Positions 36,854 through 51,561 are shown, counted from the first letter of the stretch. The stretch is 64,000 nt of DNA from Octopus vulgaris (GCA_951406725.2 OX597817.1:40734001-40798000); one strand, 5' to 3'. The notes: a model not told the origin generated them from the sequence alone. Numbers and translations are program-made.

Positions 36854-38867
36854 GTAAAGATATTTTCCCTGAGAGACTGAAAAGTTCTCTTCGTGTTTGC
36901 ATGGATTTGGATAGTCCTTCAAGTATTCTTTATAATACTAATGACCCAATCTTAATCAATTCCTTTATGCATATAACAACCCCATTAGAAATGTTTAGGC
37001 TTATGACTTTGAACAGACATTAGCTTGGCTAATTATCTTCATTGCCATACAGCTTTGGTTGTTTCTTGGATTGATAGCATCTCCTGTAGTCTAGTCCTTT
37101 CGCATTCAGATTACTTTGTCAAATGTAATGTTTAGCAGAATCATTAGCATGCTGGACGAAATGCTTAGTGGTATTTTGCCCATCGCTTACATTCTGAGTT
37201 CAAATTCCACTGAGGTTGATTTTGCCTTTCAACCTTTTGGGAGTCAATTAAGTACCAGTGAAACACTGGGGTCAATGTAATCAACTAGTCCTCTTCCCAC
37301 AAATATGAGGCCTTGTGCCTCAAATAGGAAGGATTATTTTAGATCAATGATACATTATCTCATAACTTTGAGATTTTAATGATGTAATTGTTTATTTTTC
37401 AATGACATTGTAGGATAGGTGTAAGAGGCCAAAAATGGCGAGTTTGAATGCTAATGAGCTAGAGGATTATTGGTGTCCAGAATTCAAAACCAACAAAATA
37501 CTTGTCACTTATACCCTGTTTCTATCTTATGTCTATAGCTGTACTTTCTATAGTAAATAGTATCTGCTTAATATCAGACAATGCCAATGGGAGTTAAACA
37601 TCTTTAATAGAAAATTATTGCAGTACAATATACTGATGAAACATTTCAGTCACTTACACATTCATAACTATCATAATTGTTAGCTACATATAGTTAGTGG
37701 AGCACTAAGAGCACCATCCGAGCATGATCATTGCCAGAGCAGCTGACTGGCTTCTGTGCCAGTGGCACATAAAAAGCTCCATTTGAGCATGATCATTACC
37801 AGTGTCACCTTACTGGCACATGAAAAACCATTTGAGCAAAGTCGTTGCCAGTGCCGCTGGACTGGCTCCTGTGCAGGTGGCATGTATAAAACCACCACTT
37901 GAGCATGGCTGTTGCCAGTACCACCTGACTGGCCCTGTGTCAGTGGCACATAATGGCACCCAATACACTCTTGGAGTGGTTGGAATTAGAAAGGGCATCA
38001 AGCTGTAGAAACTCTGCCAGATCAGATTGGAGCCTGGTGCAGCCACCTGATTCGCCAGTCCTCAGTCAAATCGTCCAACCCATGCTAGAATGGAAAGCGT
38101 ACATTAAACGATGATGATGACGATATATTTGTGTACTTAAGGAAAATATCTAATCTGGGTGATATGAGACAATGCGATCTGTTGGTAATTTTAGAATTAA
38201 CATTCTGAAACACTTTAACCTACTTGAAACATTGAACTTGTTTAATTAACTTCTATAAGCAGAACTTAATGCAGTTCTCAAGCATAAAAATCTTGGTCTT
38301 AGTTCCCCCTGTACTTTTGAGCATATAAGACTGCAAATTGATGCCACTAGTTTCTGTTGGTTGCAGTTTTCTCTTCATTCAACCATGTGATATTGGCCCT
38401 TCTCAAGTCAGTCGGGAATGTTCTGTGCCATGCTGTTTTCAGTCTACCTCTTTTTTCCCCTCTGGTGCTGTCCATTTGAAAACTTTCTTTTGAATGGGTT
38501 GTTCTGGTAGCTTGGAGTATGTGATGTGCTTGTTTAGTCCCCATTCTGTGATGACTTCACCAAGTGGTTTTGTGTCAGAGCAATACTTACCAGCTTAATG
38601 TAGGACACCAAATTGTGACCTAAATTTTTGAACTCAATGATCTTGTCTAGAGTAATAAACAGGGTATACATGTAGATATATAATCAAACTAATTTGGGGT
38701 AATATTTGAGAGATTATACACTAGAGTACTTGTAATGATAATAAAATGAAGAACATAGGTAAAATCATTCATTAATTGTTCATTGTTATTGCTTATGAAC
38801 CTAAACTGTTATAAAGTTGTGTATAAGGAGAAAATACATGATCTTCTGATAATCTTTGTTGTTACAG

Positions 38868-38970
38868 AAAAGCTGTCATCTCCATGTCCACAATGTGTTC
38901 AGTAAGAAGCATTTTAATGTTGAAGTACCTCTCAGTACTCCAAGTGCTGTTGGTTTAATTTTAGTACATG
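38868..38970 (+). CDS. SORT1: Sortilin exon K: KSCHLHVHNVFSKKHFNVEVPLSTPSAVGLILVH(G)
   Basis: ttacag acceptor, gtaagt donor. Matches CSLHIH...PLSEPNAVGIVIAHG. Confidence 0.96.
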
Positions 38971-41718
38971 GTAAGTTATAAATTTCATTTTATAGAATTT
39001 TGAAGGTTTGTGTTTGAAAGTTTCAAGCAATTAATCCTTTTGTTACTACATTCCTTTTGAAATGCAGTTACATTCTCTGTCTCTTTTACTTGTTTCAGTC
39101 ATTTGACTGTGGCCATGTTGGAGTAACGCCTTTAGTTGAGCAAATCGACCTCAGGACTTATTCTTTGGATGCCTAGTACTTATTCTAATAGTCTCTTTTG
39201 CCAAACCGCTAAGTTATGGGGACATAAACACACCAGCATCGGTTGTCAAGCGATGTTGGGGGGACAAACACAGACACAAACATATACACACATACATACA
39301 TACATACATATACATATATATATCATCATCATCGTTGTTTAACGTCTGCTTTCCATGCTAGCATGGGTTGGACGATTTTGACTGAGGGCTGGCGAACCAG
39401 ATGGCTGCACCAGGCTCCAATCTTGATTTGGCAGAGTTTCTACAGCTGGATGCCCTTCCTAATGCCAACCACTCCGAGAGTGTAGTGGGTGCTTTTTAAG
39501 TGTCACCGCTCGAATCTTTTTACACATGCCACCAGCACAGGTGCCAGTAAGGCGACGTTGGTAACGATCATGCTCGAATGATGCCCTTTTACGTGCCTCC
39601 TGCACGGAAGCCAGTTGGCTGCTCTGGCAATGATCACGCTCAGATGGTGCTCTTGGCACCCTTCTAGCACAGGCACAAGTGCCAGTAAGGCGGCGCTGGT
39701 AACGATCACACTCGAATGGTACCCCGGTTAGCCGCTCTGTCAATGATCACGCTCGTATGGTGCTCTTTGCACCCCGCTAGTACGGATGCCAGCCATCAAA
39801 TGTGATTCTGATTTTGATTTCACTTGCCCCAACAGGTCTTCGCAAGCAGACACATAAGCGGGCTGGTTATGCTCCTGGCATGGGCCACAGGTTATGGTCT
39901 CATTTGGCTTTCAGTTTCTGTCTACCAAATCCACTCACAAGGCTTTGGTCAGCCCGAGGATATAGTAGAAGATATTTGCCCATGGTGCCACGCAGTGGGC
40001 CGGAACCATGAGGTTCGTAAGCAAGCTACTTACCACAAAGCCACTCCTATAAATTTTGAAAATAAAGATGATTCTGTTAAAACAACCTCTTTATTATTTA
40101 GCTGGTGTTTGGAACATAAATTAGTATGGAATTTTGTTGGAATATTTTAATTTGGATTACTTTAAAACAGTATTTATTTCTGTAGTTTCAACTCATAACC
40201 TTGTGGCCAATGCCAGTGCTGTCTGACTGGCATGTAAAAAGCACTGTTTAAGTGTTGGGCTCATGGGGACAGTGACATCAAGCCAAGTGAGATCCTAGTT
40301 GAAGCTGATGCCTGTGTCCTGTAAGTAGCCTGTTAAAAACACCCTTCAATCATTGAGCGATATGTTGTGCTCGTGACGACCAGTTGAACCAAGTGAAATC
40401 GTAGTCATGGCCAATGCCAGAGCCATCTGACTGGCCCCCATGCTGGTGGCGTGTAAAAAGCACCATTCGAACATTGGGTCTCATGGAGGCAGTGAGAGGT
40501 GACCAAGACCTTTGGCAATATGCCTTGCTTGTGTGGCCCTGTCGAGCTATATGAAACTGTAGTCATGGCCAATATCAGTGTCAAGTCATTGGCAGCACAT
40601 AAAATAACACCCAATACACTCTTGGAAAGGTTGGCGTTAGGAAGGGTGTCCAGCCATAGAAACCTTACCAAATCAGATCAGAACCTGGTGCAGTCCCCTG
40701 GTTCACCAGTTTTCCGCTAAACTGTTCAACCTATGCCAGTATGAAAAGTGGATGTTAAATGATGATGATGAAGTTTTTTTTCTACATTTCATATTATGTT
40801 TTAGGGCTTTTTAAAAAAAATTTACTACCTTTTTCTTCTTTCAATCATAACCATTTCTTTTTTTTCTCATTGCTGCAACCATTAATGTTTAAGAAATATT
40901 GTCGAAGCAGAATTGACAAACATGATTTCATATGGTTTCACTTGTTCACAAGATAGTCAAAATTCTCAGGTTATATTTATAAGTATGAAAGACAACACAT
41001 TCTTTCTTTATTCTTTTACTTCTTTCAGTCATTGTTCTGTCCCTATGCTGGGGCACCACCTTGAAGGACTTGATTGAATAAAAAGACGCTAGAACTTATT
41101 CTTTTTAAGCTTAATACATATTCTCTCAACATCTTGAATAAAGCCACTACTACCCCTCCTTAGTTGGGCTGGCCTTCTTCCTATTTTTGTCTTGCAAGTT
41201 ACTTGGTGGCTTGAAAAAAGTACCAAGTACACACTGTGATTGGTGTTAGGAAAGGCATGAAACCATGTCAAGCTGACACTGGAGCTCAGTGTGGCTCACC
41301 AGATCCTGTCAAACTGTCCAACCCATGCCAGCATGGAAAATGGTTGTTAAATGATGATGGAAGTGATGATTTACAGCTTGATACACTTCCTAGCACCAAC
41401 CACTTCACAATGTGGACTGGCTTTATTGTATTGTGTCACCAGTACTGGAGTTCACCTCTTGCAGGGACTAAAGAGTTCTATATTTTATCAGCTGTTTTCA
41501 GAGTTACTATTCTCCTAGGTGACCTGTTTTCACTGTTGCTTGTGGTATCCACATCACCTAGTGTTTATCATTGTGCACAGAATCTATGTCATTTATTATG
41601 CATCCTAATTCTAGTACATCTTGCATTGTTTCCTCTGTTTCGTAAAATAGCAGTGAATTTAAAGAGATAATTTTTAGATATAATACATTTTACATGCCAA
41701 ACTTTTTTGTGTTTTCAG

Positions 41719-41795
41719 GTCATGTAGCAAATACTTTGCAGACCACTGAACCTGATGTTTTTGTCTCCAGTGATGGTGGTTATAAATGGCATAAA
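41719..41795 (+). CDS. SORT1: Sortilin exon L: (G)HVANTLQTTEPDVFVSSDGGYKWHK
   Basis: ttttcag acceptor, gtaagt donor. Matches PDVYISDDGGYSWTK. Confidence 0.96.
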
Positions 41796-42320
41796 GTAAG
41801 TAAGGATAACATATTTATTTTGCATTTTTATTTTCAACAGCAATGCGGTGTATTGTGTCAGATTTAAGATAGTTATTATTGGGATAATGAGTTAATTAAG
41901 TAATTTTAACACTAACCTATCAAGGCTTGATTAAAGTATAAATTACAGTTGATGGTAACAATATGTCATCATCATCATTGTTTTGACATCTTCTTTTCCA
42001 TGCTTGCATGGGTCTGATGGAGTTTATTGAGGTAGATTTTCTATGGATAGATGCTCTTCTTGTTTCCAGCATTCACCTGTTTCCAAGCAAGGTAGCATTT
42101 TACCATAACCAGACATGTTTTCACAGAATACTGGAAATGAATAACAGTGCTTATATGAGAGTGACACTCATCTAGAGCTCTTGTCAAATCATCCAACCCA
42201 TTCCAGAATGGAAAACGGACAATAAATGATGATGGCAATGACTTTTATGCTTCTCCATCGTTAATGAGCCTTCACTCTTGTCATAGGTGTTCTTCATCTG
42301 TAATGTTTGTTTAATTTCAG

Positions 42321-42594
42321 GCTCTTGATAAAGCTCACCATTATCAAATTGCTGATAGCGGAGGCCTCTTAGTGGCTGTTCCTTCTGAGAAATTTCCAAA
42401 GTATATCAGATTCTCAACCGATGAAGGACATTGTTGGCATGACTACAAATTTACTAATGAGAACATCAGTTTTACTGGTCTGCTTACAGAACCAGGTTCT
42501 CAATCAATGTCTGTTAGCATCTGGGGATTCCGTCAATCTGATAGCAAATGGAAGGTGCATATTATTGACTTCAGAAATGTTATCCATCAAAAAT
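42321..42594 (+). CDS. SORT1: Sortilin exon M: ALDKAHHYQIADSGGLLVAVP...RFSTDEGHCWHDYKF...FTGLLTEPGSQSMSVSIWGF...IDFRNVIHQK(C)
   Basis: tttcag acceptor, gtgagt donor. Matches ILDSGGIIVA...KFSTDEGQCW...[20 protein letters not shown]. Confidence 0.97.
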
Positions 42595-43399
42595 GTGAGT
42601 ATGGTTTTCAATTATTGATATATAGGTGCACTTTGTAATGTAAGAATGTAGTTGTTTTTGTTTGTTTGTTTCTTTCTTTCTTTCTTTTGTAAGCTTCCTA
42701 TAGTTGTTTTTTAGGTCATCAGTGTTTGCATTACTGTATTTTTGCATCATTTTAACATTTGCTTATCCAAAGCATTTAAGGTTTTCCTAAACATCCATGT
42801 TTATTTTCAGACTTTTAGTTCGCCATTGATCCATATGTTTTCAGTAATACAAAGCTTTTCTTTCATAAGTCCTGAGTTACTTTAGTGACGAAAAATAATT
42901 ATGAATGTTTATCATATGTTCTTTGTATCACATAATACACAGCAGGACAGGTGGAGGGTTAACGGCTACTTTTCCATGCTTGCTTGGGTTGGGTGGAATT
43001 TGTTGAAGCAGATTTTTGTGACCAGTTGCATTTCCTGTTGCCAAGCAAGGTAATATTTCCCCATGGCACAAGGACACCACTTGAATGACAATGACACACA
43101 TTTACAACTATTATAATATCCAGGCTAGGAGACAGTAACTCATCATCATCATTATTTAACGTCCATTGTCCATGCTGGCATGGATTGGACAATTTGATTG
43201 GGCTGGCATGCTGGAAGGCTGTGCCAGGATTCAGTTTAATTTGGCATGGTTTTCTATGGCTGGATGCCCTTCCTAATGCCAACCACCCTTAGAGTGTAAT
43301 AGATGCCTTTACATGCCACCAGAACAGGTGCCATTTGCATGACATCAGTATCTGCCATGACTGCGATTTTGCTTGGCTATGCCAAAGGTTTTGGTCATT

Positions 43400-43600
43400 G
43401 CCTCCATGAGGCCCAACACTCGAAAGGAACTTAGCCACCTCACCTCCATGAGGCCTGTTCAAAAGAAACTCAGCCGCCCCTCCTCCATGAAGCCCAACAC
43501 TCAAAAGGAACTCAACCACTTTGCCTCCATGTGGCCCAGGAGCTTGGGTACTTTGCCTCCATGTGGCCCAGGAGCTTGGCTACTTTGCCTCCATGAGACC
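43400..43600. repeat. Minisatellite (~39-bp x3, then ~27-bp x2) within an RTE 3' fragment
   Basis: Repeated cctccatgaggcccaacactc(g/a)aaaggaact and gcctccatgtggcccaggagcttgg. Confidence 0.75.
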
Positions 43601-45547
43601 CACACATGCATATATTTGTATGTGTGTGTATTATGATGGACCTCTTTCAGCTTTTATCCACCAAATCTACTCACAAGGTTTTTGATCAGCCTGCGATCAT
43701 AGTAGAAGACACTTGTCTGAGGTGCCACACTAGTGGTGTCTGGACACAAAACCATGTACTTGGGAAACAAACTTCTTACCCCACATCTGTGCTTGCACCC
43801 ATATCTTCTGCTGTATCTTAAAATATTTTTCCATTGTAGTTTTGTTGTGGGCATTTATTATCTTGGTTGATGCTGTGTATGCTATGTGGAGTACGTTTGC
43901 ATTTTGTAGAACTGGTTGCTGTCATTGTTCTTTAACACTGCATCAGCTCTGATCCAGCAAATGTTCAACCAGCAACCATCCTGTTTTCTTATGGTGTCTG
44001 AGACTAAGATAAGAGAAATTTAACTGTTGTTTTTAGTAGGCCAAGCAACAATACAGTGACTCGCTAATATCATTGTCCACTACTCTGTACATCACCATCA
44101 TCATCATTTAATGTCCACTTTCCATGCTAGCATGGGTTGGACGATTTGACTGAGGACTGGCGAACCAGATGGCTGCACCACACTCCAATCTGATCTGGCA
44201 GAGTTTCTACAGCAGGATGCCCTTCCTAACGCCAACCACTCCAAGAGTGTAGTGGGTGCTTTTACGTGCCACCGGCACAAGGGCTAGTCAGGTGGTACTA
44301 GCAACGGCCACACTCAAATGGTGTTTGTTATGTGCCACCTGAACAGGAGCCAGTCCAGCGGCACTGGCAATGACCTCGCTCAAATGTTTTGTTCACGTGC
44401 CAGTAAGGTGATACTGGTAACGATCATGCTCAAATGGTGCTTTTTACGTGTCACCGGCAAAGAGTATTATTGAAGCTAAAAGATTTATTATCCTTTTTTT
44501 TTTTAAGCACATGTGCCAGGTATCAGTCACCTGTGCTAGTACTGTGTATAAGGTACCTAGGCTGAAAGGATGTAAGGCAATGTCAGCCTTGGCAGAATTT
44601 AGACTCAGAACGTTAAGGTAGACAAAATGCCACTAAGCATTTTGCCCAGCATGCTAACAGTTCTGCCAGCTCTCCACTGTGTGGTTGATATTGATTTATC
44701 TTTCTCGGTCAACTTTTTTACCAATTGACCAGTGTGCCAGCTGTCACCATTTTTTTTTTTTAATTAGTTTTAGAATTGGATTTCCTAATATTGAAAATCC
44801 CAGTTATCTGGACATTAAGCTCTTAGCTCTGATCAGATGGAGCTGTGATTAAACAGTAGGCTCAGTTTTGAGGGAGATTGCTATTTCTAGCATATCAGTT
44901 GACTACTGATAAACTCCGTCATAGATTATATAAATGGAATATGGTGAGAGAAGAGAATAAATATTAAAAATCAATTTTTAAAAAGGAATACTTGAATTTG
45001 GGGGCAGAAATTATTTAAAAATATTGAATGGAAATAAAAGCTTGTATAGGAAATTAAGGAAATTTTAAATAAATGCACAAGCATGGCTGTGTGGTTAAGA
45101 AGCTTGCTTGGCAACCATTTGGTCTTGGGTTCAGTCCCACTGCATAGCACTTTGAGAAAGTGTCTTCTAATATAGCCCTGGACTGACCAAAGCGTTGTGA
45201 GTGGATTTGGTAGATAACGGCTGAAAGAAGCTTATTATATGTAATGTGTATATATTTTGTGCTTGTGTCTACCCTTGTTAAACACTTGATGACTGTAAAT
45301 GAGAATCATCATCTTACAAGTAAAGTGGTTTGTTTCCAGTATTCTGTGAAAAACATCTGATGGGAAAATACTAGCTTGGTTGGAAAGAGCTGAGGGTCGG
45401 TAACAGGAAGCGCAACCAGCTGTAGTAAATCTGCCTCAACAAATTTTGTCTTATCCACGCTAGCATGGAAAACAAAATAATTGACTTTTAGTTGTGTCTC
45501 CCTGTTTTTATGTTTTATTTCTGATTTCTCCTTTCTCTTACGTTAAG

Positions 45548-45668
45548 GTCAAGAATCAGACTACAAACTTTGGCTTGCTCACAGTTCACGTTGGAAGAAC
45601 ACAGAAGAAAATACAGGATGTTTACTTGGTTTAAAGACTTCATTCTACCAGCTCCGTCCGGAATCTTG
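45548..45668 (+). CDS. SORT1: Sortilin exon N (10CC-a): (C)QESDYKLWLAHSSRWKNTEENTGCLLGLKTSFYQLRPES(W)
   Basis: ttaag acceptor, gtaaaa donor. Matches CEEKDYTIWLAHS...GCILG. Confidence 0.95.
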
Positions 45669-46188
45669 GTAAAACTTAGTACTTTGATTTTTTTTTTTTT
45701 TTTAGAAGAAAATATTTTATTCTCTACAGTTTAATGACTACACTTAAAAGAAATTTGTTTTTATATACCTTACTCTTTGGAATTGACATCTGATGAACAA
45801 AATGCAAAGTTCATATTTTAATATAATTGTTGAAGTCTTTGTAGATATATATTAATAATTAATTGATATACTATTTATCATTATACTACACATTTAGAAA
45901 CTAAATCTTTTCATTTTTTATTAAGATTTATTCCTATTATTGGGCTGTTAGATAAATTTGGTTATTTTTGTTCTATTTGGCACTACATCATCCGATGTCT
46001 GAAATAAGGTAAAATTTATTCAAATTTCAAAAATGACAAATAAAAGTGGTAGAGGAAGAATTATGCTACAAGGGGAAAAAAGAAACAGAATTCTTTGATA
46101 GAAATATTTTTCATGTTAATTCAGATAACATTACAGAGTTAAAATAAATGGGAGAAAAATAGTATTTGACAACTCAATATTTCTTTAA

Positions 46189-47263
46189 CCCTTTCGTTAC
46201 CAAACCACCCGAAAAAAATTTTGTTTAATGTGACCAAACCGCCCAAAACCGTCCGAATTTACCTATTCATATTTAAATGAGAATATCAGAGCAAATCTCT
46301 TTAGTACATTCGTGAAAACACGTATTATACTTCGTAAAGAGTTCAACTACAGTTTTGTACAAAAATCGAAGTGTAATTTTAATTCCGTTAATTTTGGGAG
46401 ATTTTTCTCTGAAATTTGTTCCTATTGTGTTTTCAAAATTTGTAATTCTGACAAAAAATGGATACGAATTTCATTATATCAAGCAGCGAGTCAGAATTCG
46501 AAGGATTTTCTCCTGAAGACCTTCATAAATCTAACTCTATGACTGAAAAAAAAAGCACGTGGTATTTGATAATGAATCTGATGTTTCATTTTCCGAAAGT
46601 GAAAACAGTGAATCCGAGAGCTCCGACAGCGATACAGAAAATGAATTGGCACCCGAATGGAGTGAAAATTTAAAAACTGTTTCTTTCGGTGATTTTTCTG
46701 AAGAAACTGGACCAAGCCACAGACTTTCCCAGAAGAGTAAAGCCTTAGACTATTTCTTTTTACTTTTTCGAATGAGCCTATTTGAAATCATTACGGTGGA
46801 AACGAACCGTTACGCTAAATGTAAACAAAACGAAAGAAAGGATAGTTAGTGGTTTCCCATAACCTTAAATGAAATTAAGACTATTTTGCCATAAATATTA
46901 TTATGGGTATCAGAAAGTTACCCAGAATAACAAATTCTATCGTAAAATTTTGTTGTATACCCAATTGAATATTAGCTAATAACCCATTTTCTATAGCGAT
47001 GTTTGAACAAAATTTTAATAATTTTATATTTTGTTGAATTTACCTGTATCTACCTGCAATTAGAGTCACTTTCTGACAAAAATTATAGAATAGAATTAGT
47101 TGAGAACATTTCATTAAATTATCTTCCAAGATTCACGTTAATTTATTGATAAATAAAAAAGTTATAGTTGTTTAATGAAACCAGACTAAATTTATGATTA
47201 CGTTAGAAATTAATTGAAACACATAAGGGGTGTATTTTGGTCAGAAATATAGTAACGAAAGGG
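46189..47263 (+). mobile_element. piggyBac internal-deletion derivative with TTAA TSD
   Basis: TTAA|CCCTTTCGTTAC ... GTAACGAAAGGG|TTAA. Retains the acidic N-terminus and ...DYFFLLF...ETNRYA...WFPITLNEIK...IIMGIRKLPRI of a PGBD-type transposase. Confidence 0.93.
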
Positions 47264-49415
47264 TTAAATGGTTTCATTATTTGAAGCACAATAGTAAATT
47301 GAAACTGCATCTGAGAATGAAAAAAATATCTGTTCCATTTAATAATTTGCCAGTATGACTGTCTCTGCATCTAAAACTGCAGATTGATTGGATCGGTTAT
47401 TAACCCTTAAATGGCAGGAAACCATTGCTTGTGTGTGACAAGTGAGCAAAGAGAAAAAAAAATACATCTTTTTTTTTTGTTTAAGGGTAATAGTTATACT
47501 TAATTTCACTTTAAATAGGTACAGAAACTATGAAAATGATATTTTGATTCTCTTAGATTATATATATAAAAAATACAAAAGAGCAACAAAATCATTTGAA
47601 CGTAAATTCATGTGTGATTCCTACGTTATTGTTGTTGTCAAATGAATGTACAAATGGAGAAAAATTGGTGCATCCAGATCTGGTTGAATCATCACTTTCT
47701 TCTGTGCTACTTAGAGCATCATCTACCTCATCTGATGGTGAGGGAAAGTCAGAAAATCTTTTCCCATTTCTGTATAAACATTCCAGTTGCGAATTTCTCC
47801 CATTAATAACAGCCACTTAAACTTAGATACATTTGACAAAGTAGACTCTCAGGTGTCAATTGATGATGCCCACTAATTAACCCAGGGCAGTTGAGTTTTA
47901 TTCTCACCCCACCCATTTTTCTGTTTTTGATTACATGGGCATGTAATTAAGAGATTTACTTTGTAACCATTTGGTTCCTGGTTTGATCCCACTGTGTGGC
48001 ACTCAACCCTATATTACACCATGATTTCTTTTGCATCAGTGGTCTAATATTGTTATAAATTGTGTTTTTTGTTGGTGGGGTGTTTCTCTAATTTTTTAAA
48101 AAACTATATCAACTACCATAGGCACAGGAGTGGCTGTGTGGTAAGTAGCTTACTTACCATCCACATGGTTCTGGGTTCAGTCCCACTGCGTGACACCTTG
48201 GGCAAGTGCCTTCTACTATAACCTCAGGCCAACCAAAGCCTTGTGAGTGGATTTGGTAGACCGAAATTGAAAGGAGCCCATCATATATATATATATGTAT
48301 GTGTGTGTATATGTTTGTTCCCCCAACATTGCTTGACAACTGATGCTGGTGTGTTTACGTCCCCGTAACTTAGCGGTTTAGCAAAAGAGACCGATAGAAT
48401 AAGTACTAGGCTTTCAAAGAATAAGTCCTGGGGTTGATTTGCTCGACTAAAAGCGGTGCTCCAGCATGGCCACAATAAAATGACTGAAACAAGTAAAAAA
48501 GTACCATGTTTATTCATAGCATGGGTACCACATATGAGTTTTGTAATACAAAACAAATATTATATTCATTCTGTACTGTAGTAGTCATCAGTGAAACACA
48601 TTAAAGTGTTAAAATGTCCATTATACTTCCATTTTGGGATTTTCTTTTCCCAGTTATAATTTTTTACAGATCATCTTATGTAAGTCTTAATGGCTCCTTT
48701 TTCACAAAAATTATTTCATAGAGGGCAGCACTCGATATATAGAGATGTCAGTGACTTGCACCCTTCTATGTTCTATCTCAGCTTCTATTGTTTCAAATTC
48801 AAAAGAAACATGCATTCTGTACATTTCTTAAGATTTAAATAATGTAGTTTGAACTACAGCAATGTGAGGCTCTGCAAAAAGACATTGCCACTGGGAGTCA
48901 CCAGTGACTCCCATGGTATATTAAGACTATAGCTTAAGGGATCACCAGTGACTCCTATGGTAGGCAGTGTTAAGTATGTGTCTTCATACATACCCTTACA
49001 TCCAAGACAGTGTAGACAGAACTTTTGCAGAAGCTTGTGATATTGTACCTATTTTGGGGTGACTGACCTAATATTGTCACTTAACTCCACTGCTTTTGCT
49101 CATCAAATGCTTTTAACATTAACACAGTTCAGGCTGGAGGACATCTTGATATTCTGATTTTCTACATGTTACTTTAGCAACCCAAAACTCTTGGTTTTAT
49201 TTTCTTTTTTTTCTCTACCCCAGCTCCTCAATTAATTTTGGTGACCTTTAGTAAGTAATGTATACTGACTAAACTTTAAAAGAAGCTGAAATTTAATAGT
49301 TTATTAAAAGTTTATTTTGGCCTTTTTTTTTTTTCTCTGTGCTTTTTTGGTTCAAAAATATTTTCTTGTTCATTTCTCCGAACTATTCTTGTTTGATAAT
49401 TTATCTGTCTTGTAG

Positions 49416-49490
49416 GTGTTACAACGGCCACAATCATATAAATAAGAATGAAACAAAAGTGTGTCCATGTACACGGTCAGATTATCAATG
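49416..49490 (+). CDS. SORT1: Sortilin exon O (10CC): (W)CYNGHNHINKNETKVCPCTRSDYQ(C)
   Basis: tgtag acceptor, gttagt donor. Matches CQNGRDY...ICLCSLEDFLC. Confidence 0.95.
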
Positions 49491-50016
49491 GTTAGTAAAC
49501 ATTTCGTCTATAAATATTTATCATTTTTATAAGTCAGTATTTTGTTATGCTTATTACAATATATTACACATACGCCTATGTGCAAACACACAGAAATTAT
49601 GAATATCTCTTTCTCCCTCCCTCCCTTTCTCTCCTCTCTCTCTCTTTCTATATATATATAGGGTGCCAAGAGCACCATCCGAGCGTGATCGTTGCCAGAG
49701 CAGCCAACTGGCTCTGTACTGGCGGCACGTTAAAGGGCACCATTCGAGTGTGATTGTTACCAACGTCGCCTTACTGGCATGTGTAAAAAGATTCGAGTGA
49801 GGTCATTGCCGGTACCACTTGACTGGCCCCGTGCTGGTGGCACATAAAAAGCATCCACTACACTTTCAGAGTGGTTGGCGTTAGGAAGGGCATCCAGCTG
49901 TAGAAACTCTGCCAGATCAAAATTGGAGCCTGGTGCGGCCGTCTGGTTTGCCAGCCCTCAGTCAAAATCGTCCAACCCATGCTAGTATGGAAGGCGGACA
50001 TTAAATGATGATGATA

Positions 50017-50064
<48 letters not shown>

Positions 50065-51450
50065 CACACATACATATATGTGTATGTATATATATATATA
50101 TATATATATATACATACACACATACATATATGTGTATGTGTGTGTGACGGAATCTCCTGTCAAAGACAAGGTATGAGGGTTCAGTTTTTGTTGAATGACC
50201 TGCACAAATAATTTGTTTATGGTGATCACTTCCTCCATCAAATCAATGTTACCTGAACAGGTGCACAATGTAGCACATATCAAGTGTCAAAGTGATTGCA
50301 GGGCAACAAAAGGTGAAGTATTTTGCCCAGGAACACAATGTACCACCTAGTCCGAGAATTGAAACCACAACTTTATGATCGTGAGTGCACCACCTTAACC
50401 TCTAGGCCATGAACCTAGTGGTTAGAATATATATATATATATATATATATATTATCATCATCATCATCATTGTTTAACGTCTGCCTTCCATATTGGCATG
50501 GGTAGGATGGTTTGGCAGAAGCCTGCACCAGACTTCTATGACTATTTTGGGAGGATTTTTACAGCTGGATGCCCTTCCTAACACCAACCACCAAGCTTAG
50601 TGGACTTAGTGCTTTGTACGTGGCACAAGCACAGGTGAGGTCAGTTTTGACAAGGATTTACAGCTTCCAAACACCAACCACATTACAGTGTAGACTGGAT
50701 GCTTTCTAAGTAGCGTCTACACTGACTGGACCACCAAGTAACCTATAAGACAAAAATCTTTTGAATGGGTAGGGGGCATTGGAGGAGATGATCTTGTGTC
50801 AGATGATGAAAGGTTATAGTGAGACAGAGAGAGACAGAAACAGGTGTCTTGTTGTAGAGGAGGTACAAGGTTACCTGGCCAGAGAGAGAGAGAGAGAGAG
50901 ATTAGCAATGAGGACAGAAAGATGTGCTGCTGCAAAGGAGATATATGGTTACCCAACCTGAGGGAACTTCAGAAGGACAGTGGGGATTTACTGTGCATAT
51001 CTAAGATGTGCACATTGCATTTTGGGATGGTCATTTCTTTTTTTTTACCAAATAAACACATGCACTATATATTTTTTTTCTTCACTCATTTATTACTGTT
51101 CTTATTGTATTATTTTAGCTCATGTCCATTGTCCACAAATCTTTCGTCACACATCTTCGCCAACATTTTTCATTTAAATGTGTTCTTGCTCCACTTACTC
51201 CATTCTCCGTTGATAACAGTAAAATTAAAATAAAAATTATAGAAAAAAAGAAAAGATTCTGTTTGAATTTCTTCCAAGATACAGACCATAGAGATGATAC
51301 TATTACAAGGAATCTTGTCTTGAATGATAGTTTAATTCTTGTTGTAGAAACCAATACTGTAGCTTTAGAACATATCAGTAATCAACAATAACACATCTGT
51401 GTCCTGCATTACCATCATTTATGAATATTATATATTTTATTTTATTCTAG

Positions 51451-51561
51451 TGACTATGGTTATGAAGCTGATATGAATCAGAATTGCAAGCGAGGTGTTC
51501 CAGTTGGTCGGGATATAGATATATGTATACGAGGTCATGAAGAGAAAATAGTTAGTGAAGG
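51451..51561 (+). CDS. SORT1: Sortilin exon P (10CC-b): (C)DYGYEADMNQNCKRGVPVGRDIDICIRGHEEKIVSE(G)
   Basis: ttctag acceptor, gtaagt donor. Matches CDFGY...C...LEFCLYGREEHLTTNG. Confidence 0.95.

Noticed and set aside
48887-48972. Hairpin gggagtcac-cag-tgactccc as a regulatory RNA
   Set aside because: Occurs as a short duplicated unit ending at TTAA; most simply a DNA-transposon subterminal remnant.
49858-50283. ORFs with [14 protein letters not shown] runs throughout the window
   Set aside because: Translations of (TA)n, (CA)n and (TACA)n microsatellites and SINE bodies.
51115-51354. Signal-peptide-like minus-strand ORF (FSIIFILILLLS...)
   Set aside because: The hydrophobic run derives from a T-rich tract; no suitable start codon or recognisable mature peptide.
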